Below, in pieces: positions 54,301-64,000 of a stretch of DNA of 64,000 nt (the first letter of the stretch is position 1; each line of letters starts with the position of its first letter). The notes beneath the pieces were generated by a model that made no database searches, was not told the DNA's origin, and was given only the letters and a program-made list of their open reading frames with translations. This stretch comes from Balanoglossus misakiensis. Taxonomy: Eukaryota > Animalia > Hemichordata. The position numbers and the translations under genes were made by a program. The stretch is taken from assembly GCA_040954595.2 (NCBI GenBank), contig CM082594.2, positions 5,875,319-5,939,318 on the forward strand, given 5' to 3'.

Positions 54301-57300
54301 GGTCAAAATTTAGCTGGAACAGGTGTTAGCGAAGTAAATGATGCAATTTATCGATAACGCGGTTTTTGAGACGCGTCTGCGTGTATATTTAGTATTTCTG
54401 CTTCAAGAAATCAAGATTACGCCTATCCATCTCATTCATCTGATATTCAACTTTCTTGCTTTGTCTACGCAAAATGTATGGGTTAGTGTTCTGTATCTGA
54501 TAAGACACTGAGCCCATCGCTTACTTTTCGCGGAATGGCAGCCGTTGTCAAGGAGACCGTGTTAGTCATCATCTGTCAGAAAAAAAGATATGTTTTATGA
54601 TTTAATATTCAATCTTTACATCTTTAAAGGTATACACTCACATCTTGTGGTGTTCTGGCTAGATCTCCAATATCATTGACATCTGAGTGTGATATACTTG
54701 TCATGTAAATATTCACCTTTAATGCACACCACGAAAAAGTATTTTTGATTCAAAATCGGGATCATGATTTCTGCTTTTAAACTTTGAGTTGAAAGCAAAA
54801 TCTGTTTGACAATGAGTATTATGGCACAGGGATTATTTTATAATTGCCCGTGCTTACGTACAAAGGAGAACTTGAAGAAGAATGATTGCCAAAAACCTCT
54901 TAGGAGTCAGGATTCTCTGTCATCAAGCAATATCATATTCAAGGCATGTTTTGATATCGTGTCCTCCTGTGACCTCACAAGTGATCTCGGTGACCTTGAC
55001 ATGTTTTTTTTCCCTTCTTCTAAATTCACCAGGTAAACAACTTTGTCGGGGCATTCCACGACGCTGTCATCTTGTACGCGCTGGCGCTCAACGAAACCCT
55101 GGCCGCCAACGAAGATCCGCGCGACGGCATGGGGGTCACGCGCAGGATGTGGAACCGCACGTTCAAAGGCACGTATGGGGGGGGGGGGGGATAATTTTAA
55201 CCTAGCTAAGAGGTCTGTATACCGTCTGCTAATATGGACAGTATCGGCCAGACCTCTTTGCTGGGTTAAAAAAACAGTGTAAATATAGAATGCGAAAGCG
55301 GAATACTGATACCCCAAGGTGACTCGCACGTGGTATGGTTTTCGGAAGATAACAGCTCACTCAAAGTAATTGAAGACGTTTTAATAAATGGCGGATAACG
55401 TTAGCTTGCCAGAACGCCGGGCATACGCCTCGCAAAAGACGGGGCTAAAACTGATTGTCGCTGCAGGTCTTAAAGATGTCGCCTATAGGGAAGACGGTTT
55501 AAACTGATGCGATGATGCTAAGCATTTAATATTGACAGAGATGTCACTTCAAAATTATCGCATCGCAGAAAGAATTGGCAAGCTGTTTTTTCTCAGCTAT
55601 TGGTAGAAATGAGCGGTTTTCTTCTAGAGTCATTTTCTGGTTTCGTTATCGTGACGTTTTTAGCATTGGGTCATATGCACCCCGTGCAATCAGATGATAA
55701 ATGGAACACATTACAGTCTCCAACCCCGACATTATTCTTTTATTTATCGCTGTTTCTCCCGATGTTGACGTTTTCAGGAATCACAGGAAATGTAACGATT
55801 GACGATAATGGGGACCGAGACGCGGACTACTCTTTGCTTGATATGACTGACCCGGAGAGGGGCACGTTTGAGGTGAGGAGTGGAATTTTTATGCTCGTAC
55901 ATTGGACATATTTTACGCACAACATGACTGCTTGCAACTAAGTCGCTCGTTTTCTCTGACTACACGCATGTATATACATATATTCATTTTGATGATGCTT
56001 TCAATCTAAATGTTCTGCACCGGTCGAGAAAATCGCTCCCCCCCTACTGAAAGTGCAGTTGATCAGGCAGCCATGTTTGATTATTCCGACATGCGCACAA
56101 CGGCATCGATCTGTTGATATGTAAATAATAATCAACCAAAGTGACTGGGGTTTTTTGCGTAACAGACAAGAAATTAACCAACAAAAATCACGAAGCGAAC
56201 TAAGTACTCCCGGGATGTGGGGGAAAAATCCCAGATTGAAGACTTAAGTCTCGCTTTGTATGTTTTGGAAAGCCCTTACGTCACGTTCCTTCACACAGTG
56301 CGCTTTCATTCCGACGCTTACGACAAAATACACTTCGTCGCGTTTCAGAATACAGATTCCCATTATCTTTAATGGAGACTTTCAAACTGGCAGAGACGCA
56401 GGGTATCGATAGATTACGGACACTTATTAAAACGTACGATCACAATGACAGTTTTCACACTAACGGCGCGTTATGTTGCGTCATCGTAATCGTCCGCTCG
56501 ATTTTCGAGCTTTGTAAATTGCCCTTCTATCTCCAAGCGGCGCCGTTATCTTTTTTCATAATCCAAGTCGACTTGCTCTAGTTTATCGGATTTTTAAGCA
56601 GTGGGCCTCCTTAACCCACATTGGCCAACTGATGGAAACGCGCACCTGGATTTTCTACTTCCCGCCGAGATCTTGGCGTTAAGACGTCCTGACTTGAACA
56701 TTTTAGGATTGTTGCTTAGCGACCAATCGGGCGATATTAAGCGACAGAGATTAAAGTATGGATCTTGCGTACTTCGAACTAACTGCGGTGCGCTAAATGG
56801 TGCGGTGTATCACCCCAATATGTAATAATTAACCCAATATGTAATACTAACCCAATATGTAATAACACCTTAACCCAATACGTAATACTAACCCAATATG
56901 TAATAACACTTAACCCAATATGTAATACTAACCCAATATGTAATAACACTTAACCCAATATGTAATAAACTTTAATTCTACATGTAATAAACGTTATCAG
57001 CTAGATGCATATGTAATAAACGTTAACCCTATATGTTATAAATTTGAATTTTACATGAAATAAACGTTTTTAGTTAACCCTATATGTAACACTTACCCAA
57101 TATGTAATAACACCTTAACCCAATATGTAATACTAACCCAATATGTAATTACACCTTAACCCAATATGTAATAACACTGCCCTAATGTATTTTAATACTA
57201 AGCTTAATGAAATACACCAAATCAATATGAAATTATATCTGAATATGAATTGAAATCCTTTTACTAAACATGTTTTAAAACTAAACTCACTGTTTTTCAT

Positions 57301-60300
57301 TAACCCAATATGTAATAACACCTTAACCCAATATGTAATAACACTGCCGTAATGTGTTTGAATGTGTAATATTAACCCAATAGAGTTGAAGTAAAACTCA
57401 AGTCTGTATAAAAGTAGTGAAATCAAGTTGTGTACGCATGCGTGACATCAACATATTGTCTCAGATAGAAGCTTCCAGACATATACAGAGTATACCCAGG
57501 ACACATAATTGACATGGAAAAGTTATTAATGAAGCCATATACATCAGGACACTTCAATCCTCACTTGTAGAGATGGGGGCAGGGGGGGGGGGTTACACTT
57601 TACCATCCGTGCACACTTCTTGCCCGTCAAAAGTGAAACAGATACTGATATTGAACGCCTGACGCGTCAAGTATACCTTTCTTAATTTTGAAGTCCAAAA
57701 GCGGGGGTCATCTTTTTTTAAAAAACGTTTAGGGGGTTCATATACTTTTGCCACAAAACTTGTGCTTTTGAGTCCACAAAATTGCAGTTTCGCACCCTTT
57801 ATTTTACAAAATTTTCTAATCCCCAGCGTACCCCCGCGGCCTCCCCACCTCGGGTGATACGGGACAAATGTGGGGAATTAGCCCGGTGGTTGCAGTCCCC
57901 GGGTGGGTGGATCCGTATACTAACAGCCGATAGTAATAGTTTTGCGAAATATAGCATAAAGCTAGAGGTTCAAGCAACAAAATTTACCTTGATTTCATGT
58001 GGATGTAAAAATTAGGTAAATCTATCACTATGTTAACTTTACCAGGACTATCAAATGCTACCGGAACTTGCAAGTAATTCGTTGAGTTAAGCGGGAAATA
58101 TGTTAAACAATAGGGTTTCCCCCTCTATCACCACCTCTATTGAAAATAGATGAAATAATATTATGGTCTTTTCCCAGAAAGACAAATGTACTCTCCCCCC
58201 CCCCCCCCGTAAAAAATTACAAGCCACCTTTACCATTACATATTGGGTTAAGTGTTATTACATATTGGGTTAATGAAAAACATTGAGTTTAGTTTTAAAA
58301 CATGTTTAGTAAGGATTTTAATTCATATTCAGATATAATTTCATATTGATTTGGTGTATTTCATTAGCTTAGCATTAAAATACATTAGGGCAGTGTTATT
58401 ACATATTGGGTTAAGGTGTTATTACATATTGGGTTAGTATTACATATTGGGTTAAGGTGTTATTACATATTGGGTTAGTGTTACATATTGGGTTAAGTGT
58501 TATTACATATTGGAGTAGTGTTACATATTGGGTTAAAGTTTATTACATATAGGGTTAACGTTTATTACAAATAGGGTTAACTAATAACGTTTTTTCATGT
58601 AGAATTAACGTTATTTCATGTAGAACTAAAGTTTATTACATATAGGGTTAACTAATAAAGTTTTTATCATGTAGAATTAACGTTATTTCATGTAGAATTA
58701 AAGTTTATTACATATAAGGTTAACTAATAACGTATTTTTTCATGTAGAATTAACGTTATTTCATGTAGAACTAAAGTTTATTACATATAGGGTTAACGTT
58801 TATTACATATAGGGTTAACTGAAAACGTTTATTACACGTTAAATTCAAGTTTATAACTTATAGGGTTAACGTTTATTATATATGCAGCTAGCTGATAATG
58901 TTTATTACATGTAGAATTAAAGTTTATTACATATTGGGTTAAGTGTTATTACATATTGGGTTAGTATTACATATTGGGTTAAGGTGTTATTACATATTGG
59001 GTTAATTATTACATATTGGGGTGATACAGTGCGGGGATAAGTACTCGCTCGCTATCAGATTCCTCGTAAGAGTGTACCATTGCATAAAAATATGCGTAAG
59101 GCTCGCGTAAGACTGCAATTTGGATGGGAATTTTATAATGACTCAGTAGTTGTTCTTTTAAGCATCACCGTGTTTTCATAACGTGTTAATAAGATGATTC
59201 CTGTTTTATTATAGAATTTAATTACACATGTAAAAAGTACTATTAAAACCGCACTGATAGTAAATGACTTTACTTTCACTTTTATGCGATTACATCCGAC
59301 AGGTGTCTCAATCATAAACATGTGTATTTTATGCGTTTAGGACACTAGTCGAGAGGTTTTTTAAAATAACAAATTTCTTCCCCTAGGGGAAATGTACATT
59401 ACATATGTCCACTGCAAATACATTTAACAAATAAAGATGAATTACGAGTTGAAATGCTAATTGAAAATCTAACATATTTCCCTGCCTGTTGTAATAAACG
59501 TACGTTGAGTACGAAATAAAACACAACTGCCTACGGAATAGACAATTCCGATCAAATCGCTGAATTCATGATTAAAAGATATCAAGTAAACATTAAACTA
59601 CGATCCTCTAGACTTTTTTCGTTAAATTCGTTTAAGCACGTCTACCTTTGAACTAACTTCACCAATTTGTGACGAGCAACTTTTTTACTGCAAAGTTACG
59701 GTATTTGTCCTTGTAGGTCGTGCTGAATTACTATGGTGACCGGAAAGTGGTTGAAAAAGTGGCCGATATCCACTGGCCAGGTGGCGCGACTGGGCCTCCG
59801 CCGGACGTACCCGTTTGCGGCTTCCAGAACGAGTTATGCCTCCCCCGAGGTAAGGAAATAACCCCATGCATGATATAACGCGTTTTTATTTTCAAATGCC
59901 GACGATCTTCTTATGCGATGTTGTTTTGATGTGAAGAGTGTGACGTGGATACGTCATTTACACTGCAATTTGAAGAAATGAGTTGCCATGTCTTGTCTGT
60001 CGAGATAGACGGATATTTCCCCCTCCAGGCTCAACTTAAATAGCTAGCTCGCACAATCCAGCAGTCCTGAATTAATATCAGAAACTTCAAACGGCAGCCA
60101 GTACTGATCGGTAGATTTGCGAAACAACACGAGCTCAAAATCACGATTAATCTTAATATCAAAATAAAACAATGTCACAACTCAATTTGACATCAATATC
60201 GAATGAGTATGGCTGGCACAATTTCAACTTTAATGCTCTACCTGCAAACGACGTCTGAACCTGTCCGCTTCAATTATTTAAGACATCGGGATTAAGTAAC

Positions 60301-61563
60301 CGCGGCCCTGGGGCATGCCTCTGGATGTTGTTTTCGATCACTTATAAAATCCAATGTTCGGCTAAAGTTGTTATGGCGTCAACGAAGATTCTGTCTGGCA
60401 GTCGTGAAATGTTGTGAATAATGACATGTAATCCTCCTTCAAACGCCAGCGTCAATTTGTTTCGACTTATATACAAATTCACGTCAGTTTAATGTTTCCT
60501 CACATCGTTCTGTGTGTGTGTGTCTGTATGTCTGTATGTATGTATGTATGTATGTATGTATGTATGTATGTATGTATGTATGTATGTATGTATGTATGTA
60601 TGTATGTATGTATGTATGTATGTATGTATGTATGTATGTATGTATGTATGTATGTATGTATGTATGTATGTATGTATGTATGTATGTATGTTACTTAATG
60701 TTTGTTACATGTATATACATGTATGTATCATTGCGGCTAAAAAATCTTATATCGACCACAGCAGCCTAAACACGCCATTGATTGACTTGGCGCCACAATC
60801 ATGTGACGAAAAAAAAACTCGTTGATTTTCAACGTCATCATGGAGTCACAGTGATCCCCTTAAATCATAACAAGCTCAAGGAGATTTCACAGCGCAATCC
60901 GAATCCCGCTCTCGACAAAACGGGGTAAATTTCGATTAAACAACAGAACGAACTCGTTGATCACAGGGCTGTGATAACGTCCCCGTTTAGCATTGCCTGT
61001 ATCCGGAGTTGTCAATACACGCGCGCGTTCTTTGATGTGTTTCCGTGCATTAAATTCTAGATTAGGCATATGCGTTTATTGTGTCACCGGTACATTCTTC
61101 ACTACTCTGTATCATTTATTTTTGTGCACAAAAATGCTTTATGTGACGTCATCTCCAGTATTAGTGAGCCATATGTTTTGGACAGGAGAGACGATTTCCT
61201 CCTTCTGCGCATTCACCGCGCCTGGTCATGCGTAACATTGAGAAAAGATAATCCTCAGATGAGATAGTAACGACTTTTGATTCCATCTCCCAATGCAAAA
61301 CATACAAAGCCTATTCTTACAGCGTTGATATTTTGGCAGCCACGTTGTAATTAAAGCAGCTAATGTCATTGAGACTCATGGTGGAGACAAAGACTTTGCA
61401 CCGCCCCGCCTATTTGGTTTAGTTCGTTAAATATGATATATTTCCTGAATATATACGACCACTGTTTATTATTATGTTGCCTGATTAAGCCATCAGATCA
61501 GAAGCCCACAATTCGCAATGTATTTATTACTGGAAGTTTCTTGTTATCGTTGTTGCTGTTGTA

Positions 61564-61595
<32 letters not shown>

Positions 61596-61606
61596 AATGG
61601 TGGTGG

Positions 61607-61675
<69 letters not shown>

Positions 61676-62791
61676 CCCGTCGGCAATTAACGCAAGCTGT
61701 TCTTAAAGCGGCGCGTCGTGATAACACCGCGTTGCAGTTGAGCATGTTAGCGCCAATTCACGTATCCCCTTTGGTGCTCATCAAGAAAAAAATACACGAC
61801 TTGAATTCCCCGGAGTCAAATTCCTACACTTTCATTTCTTTTTCAGAGGACTTCCACCTTCTTGGCATCATCGGAGTAGTTCTTGCGTGTTTGGTGATTA
61901 TTGTCATCGTCATTGCCCTTCTTGTGTACAGGTACGTTACCATGGGGACAACACGGACCCGTGACACTTCTACAAGTACAAGTTATTTTTTTACAAGTTT
62001 TCAAATGCTCACTTACTGGTGTGAAGTGTTTTCTTTTTCTTAGAAACGATCTGACTTCTCCAGCCTGAAGAATGTTCGCGAGGCCAAAAATAAAGTAGCA
62101 TTCGCTCCAAACTGTATCAGACACGAATGAATGTCACAAATTGGTATCTTTTTCCTATAAAAATACTTAAGTGATCTAATTTTATCAATGCATGAATTGA
62201 AAAAAAAAGAAATACGATTGATTAAGAAATGTTTATATGATTTTCATGTGAAAAACGTATATCGTTTGTGATAAGTATAAGTGATAGGTATATTAGTTAA
62301 GTACAGACTCTGAATCAGCCGATTCACGAGTACAGGCTGTCTCGTCCGCCATCAATATTCAACGTTTGTTTCTTGTAAGTTGTTCTTATCTGCAGTTGTG
62401 AGGTTTTTTGTCATAAACACTCTCGCCTGATAACATGTATGCTACATCTGCCAATATTGTCACTCTGTCGATTTGAAACGCCATGACCTTTCCGCGTGGG
62501 GCTCATTGAAATAATCAGAAAACAGAAATTGCTCTATCAATATTTCAAATCTAATAACTATCATCAGCTGAAGCACTTCCCAAGTGGAGAAATTAAATAT
62601 CCGAACGAGAATTTCACTCCCCGGGGGCGTTTTTTTGTTTTCATCGCAGGAAGTACAAGCTAGAAGCGGAGTTGGCCAAGATGACGTGGAAGGTAAACTG
62701 GGAGGACATATCGTTGAGTAAAACCGACCGCAGCCGAGTGATGTCGACGGCAGCTGTCAACGCGGCGTTCAGCAAATCACAGGTATCTAGG
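32647..62791 (+). CDS. NPR1/NPR2-like: Natriuretic peptide receptor-like receptor guanylyl cyclase, 5' part (multi-exon; two alternative first coding exons + 6 shared exons in window; 3' end beyond window)
   Basis: Hand-spliced exons join in frame with compatible phases. They give signal peptide, ANF-receptor ligand-binding domain (GPAC, [64 protein letters not shown]), juxtamembrane PPDVPVCGF..C, one TM helix and RKYKLEAELAKMTWKVNWEDI, all collinear with vertebrate NPR-A/NPR-B. The kinase-homology body and cyclase domain are not in the window, so the cyclase call rests on homology of the 5' part. Confidence 0.93.
34593..34600 (+). promoter_or_regulatory. Candidate TATA box for exon 1b
   Basis: GTATAAAG followed by a G-rich run (CGGGGAGAGC), about 255 nt upstream of the exon 1b ATG. 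Motif match only. Confidence 0.4.
34852..35557 (+). CDS. NPR1/NPR2-like: Alternative first coding exon 1b: signal peptide + N-terminal half of ANF-receptor ligand-binding domain (paralog of 1a)
   Basis: ATG at 34852 (AAGATGA) begins MKPGIALRLFRLLLALSVCGGGGVSHA (signal-like), then REFRLSVIL..PAVEVAVDSINND..NNSGCT..AIIGPACW..LAGHWNLPVVSG..FPTLTRTYP..SRSR. 706 nt. Ends at the same phase-1 donor AGAA|GTAGGT (GT 35558-35559). Confidence 0.92.
38436..38540. repeat. (CTGTA)21 perfect pentanucleotide microsatellite
   Basis: 105 bp of uninterrupted CTGTA. Confidence 0.97.
39299..39481. mobile_element. piggyBac-like MITE, 183 bp
   Basis: TTAA|CCCTTTGAACGCC ... GGCGTTCAAAAGG|TTAA: 13-bp TIR with 1 mismatch. 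CCC-start terminus and TTAA TSD as in piggyBac. Confidence 0.8.
41155..41298. mobile_element. Hairpin (almost fully palindromic) MITE-like element
   Basis: Left arm ACACACCTTCCGTCCCGCTTGTAGACACGAGAGTGAAAAATCTCGCCAAAATGAATAA. The right arm's reverse complement is ACACAACTTCCACCCCGCTTGTATGATATGAGAGTAAAATCTCACCCAAAACGAATAA. Loop about 14 nt. TSD not resolved. Confidence 0.7.
43423..43648. mobile_element. Degenerate MITE with about 45-bp imperfect TIRs
   Basis: TAAGGGAGAATCATTTTATTTCTTGGGGAGAGGGTGGAAGATTTTGG versus reverse complement of the right end, TAAGGAGGGAACCATTTGATTTTTGGGGGTGGATGGAGGGTTTTGG. TA/TWA-like flanks. Confidence 0.62.
48582..48630. repeat. (AACCA)n imperfect pentanucleotide repeat
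   Basis: Direct reading. Confidence 0.8.
52712..52762. repeat. (GGA)n-(GA)n purine tract
   Basis: Direct reading. Confidence 0.85.
53198..53493 (+). CDS. NPR1/NPR2-like: Shared exon 2 (ligand-binding domain)
   Basis: Acceptor ttttgtttatgtttcag| in phase 1. Encodes (I)[90 protein letters not shown]. Donor GTG|GTGAGA in phase 0. 296 nt. Confidence 0.93.
54628..54718. mobile_element. Possible short eroded TTAA-flanked element related to 63045-63231
   Basis: Begins TTAA|AGGTATACACTCAC (compare TTAA|AGGTATACAGTCAC) and ends CACCT|TTAA. The right TIR is poor. Confidence 0.35.
55033..55168 (+). CDS. NPR1/NPR2-like: Shared exon 3 (ligand-binding domain), ending in a GC donor
   Basis: Acceptor ttcccttcttctaaattcaccag|. 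Encodes [45 protein letters not shown](G). 136 nt. The nearby phase-compatible donor is AAG|GCACGT. This frame is not shown in the ORF track. Confidence 0.9.
55778..55872 (+). CDS. NPR1/NPR2-like: Shared exon 4
   Basis: Acceptor gacgttttcag| in phase 1. Encodes (G)[31 protein letters not shown]. Donor GAG|GTGAGG in phase 0. 95 nt. Confidence 0.93.
56806..59028. mobile_element. Foldback-like non-autonomous DNA transposon, 2223 bp, long TIRs built of tandem subrepeats, 6-bp TSD
   Basis: Starts TGTATCACCCCAATATGTAATAATTAACCCAATATGTAATA and ends with its exact reverse complement (..TATTACATATTGGGGTGATACA). Flanked by direct repeat GTGCGG (56800-56805 and 59029-59034). Arms about 56806-57340 and 58235-59028 contain many AACCCAATATGTAATA(AC) units plus an inverted AT-rich unique segment. 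No transposase ORF. Confidence 0.9.
57495..57612 (+). pseudogene. Degraded Penelope-like (GIY-YIG C-terminus) retroelement fragment inside the foldback element
   Basis: Frame-broken translation PGHIIDMEK..EAIYIRTLQSSL..RDGGR..YTLPSV resembles the H.ID..V.IL..KEAIYIR...PSLNRDGG.Y.LP pattern I recall from Penelope-like GIY-YIG ends. Short and frameshifted. Confidence 0.55.
59717..59849 (+). CDS. NPR1/NPR2-like: Shared exon 5 (juxtamembrane region with Cys pair)
   Basis: Acceptor tttgtccttgtag|. Encodes VVLNYYGDRKVVEKVADIHWPGGATGPPPDVPVCGFQNELCLPR(E). Donor GAG|GTAAGG in phase 1. 133 nt. PPD.P.CGF is the conserved juxtamembrane motif of receptor guanylyl cyclases. Confidence 0.92.
60511..60690. 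repeat. (TG)n-(TATG)n microsatellite
   Basis: Direct reading; long perfect TATG run. Confidence 0.97.
61564..61675. repeat. (GAT)n microsatellite
   Basis: Direct reading, with a short GGT interruption; about 170 nt upstream of the TM exon acceptor. Confidence 0.97.
61847..61931 (+). CDS. NPR1/NPR2-like: Shared exon 6 (transmembrane helix)
   Basis: Acceptor ttcatttctttttcag| in phase 1. Encodes (E)DFHLLGIIGVVLACLVIIVIVIALLVY(R). Donor CAG|GTACGT in phase 2. 85 nt. Confidence 0.92.
62650..62791 (+). CDS. NPR1/NPR2-like: Shared exon 7 (intracellular juxtamembrane / start of kinase-homology domain)
   Basis: Acceptor ttttgttttcatcgcag| in phase 2. Encodes (R)KYKLEAELAKMTWKVNWEDISLSKTDRSRVMSTAAVNAAFSKSQ[VSR]. 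Two possible phase-0 donors: CAG|GTATCT after 62782 and AGG|GTAAGT after 62791. Confidence 0.88.
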
Positions 62792-63044
62792 GTAAGTGTA
62801 AAACGCTCAGCACCGTATACTTACATACATACACAAAGTGTGTCTTTTGATTAAAACTGGGTCACTCGCTAAGTCTCTCTACGCGGCGTTCCTATAGTTT
62901 CAACCCTCAAAGTACACTCCAACCAGCCGTGAATAAAGTAACACCAATTCACCTCGGGGCAGGCCTGACGATGTTTCCGATAAAGCAACTATCAAATCAA
63001 GATTGTCGAAACTTTCGCAGCTGCGCGGTTGTAACGCGAATTAA

Positions 63045-63231
63045 AGGTATACAGTCACCTCCAATTTAAATATGCCCATATATGGCTGAAATGGCGTATT
63101 TGAGCGTTCTAAAGAACACATGGTGGCGCTCGTTTTTTTTCGCGTGTGCCACCCACTGAAATTCTGTGATTGGCTAGATCTCAATTTGCCATGGTAACTA
63201 TAGCTAACTTTCAATGGGTGACCGTATACCT
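63045..63231. mobile_element. MITE with TTAA TSD (Kolobok-like), 187 bp
   Basis: TTAA|AGGTATACAGTCACC ... GGTGACCGTATACCT|TTAA: 15-bp TIR with 1 mismatch. Confidence 0.82.
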
Positions 63232-64000
63232 TTAACAACCAAGGTGCGCGCGAATGAACAAAAGTGGGAATGGAAAAAGTGCTATAAATGGCCCTTCTGC
63301 GGCGATTTCTGTTTTTATTCCATGGACTGTGAAATAGAATAGAAATTTAGTACAAATCCAGCAATTTATGGAATGTTACTAATTTACCGTTTCAAATCAC
63401 AGAATATATATAAGACGCCTTAATACGACTTATTGCGTCTGGGAGGCTTTGCGCGCCTTGTTCAATTTTATTTAATCGAAGAAATAAAACACCTCACTTT
63501 TTCAAGTCTTGTTGTACTGCAATCATGGAAAGTATACACGCCAAGAACGTTTATACCACAAACTTTAATCCCACCAGGACGTGGAGAACACCTTTAAAGT
63601 TCACACTTTCATTTTCACTTGAAAATAGCTGTTTTGTCGGTACATGTCTATGTGTTTTGCAACTGGGAAACCTCCTGCAGGCCATATTGATAATTGTTTC
63701 GTACTTTCCAAGAAATATTCATATTATCACCCCAATCGTTGCAACCCCCAAGCAATTTACCAACACGCATCTACTAATTGCATAAGTGATGTTGTTCGTT
63801 CAGAGAAGCAGTACCCGCTTATCGTCATTTGGAACCGCGGACATGGATAGACAGATATTTACGAGGGTGGCACAATACAAGGTAATGCAATAAATTCAAA
63901 ACTAAGTTGTATGATTACACTGGACGTATCTTTATTTATGCCCCGGGTAGAGCTTAAACTGTAGCTGACGAGAGAAAGTTTACCCTGTCAATAGCTGCAC

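Noticed and set aside
55025-55040. CAG|GTAAAC at the exon 3 start as a recursive splice site
   Set aside because: Explained by the Val-Asn codons at a conserved phase-0 boundary; no independent support.
56806-59028. AACCCAATATGTAATA array as a CRISPR-like locus
   Set aside because: Spacers are 1-6 nt and not unique, arrays are inverted and bounded by a TSD, the context is eukaryotic, and there are no cas genes.

Overview
Eukaryotic (metazoan, probably marine invertebrate; taxon is inference only) genomic DNA of roughly 40% GC (estimated by eye), mostly non-coding. It has many microsatellites and small TIR elements. The only gene I can support is on the + strand: the 5' half of a natriuretic-peptide-receptor-type (NPR1/NPR2-like) receptor guanylyl cyclase, covering the ligand-binding domain, the TM helix and the start of the kinase-homology domain, and running off the right edge. 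The main observation is its architecture. Two intact, paralogous first coding exons (32647-33349 and 34852-35557; about 50% aa identity by hand alignment) each have their own TATA-like box, ATG and signal peptide. Both end in the same phase-1 donor (AGAA|GTAGGT), and both fit in frame onto one shared set of downstream exons (53198 onward). This is a variable-exon/constant-exon layout like clustered protocadherins or UGT1, here swapping the peptide-binding part of a receptor guanylyl cyclase. Other points: a GC-AG intron, tandem in-frame donors in the juxtamembrane phospho-regulatory region, a 2.2-kb foldback-like TGT..ACA element with a 6-bp TSD carrying a possible Penelope remnant, and several TTAA-target MITEs. 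I found no supportable coding sequence in 1-32 kb.
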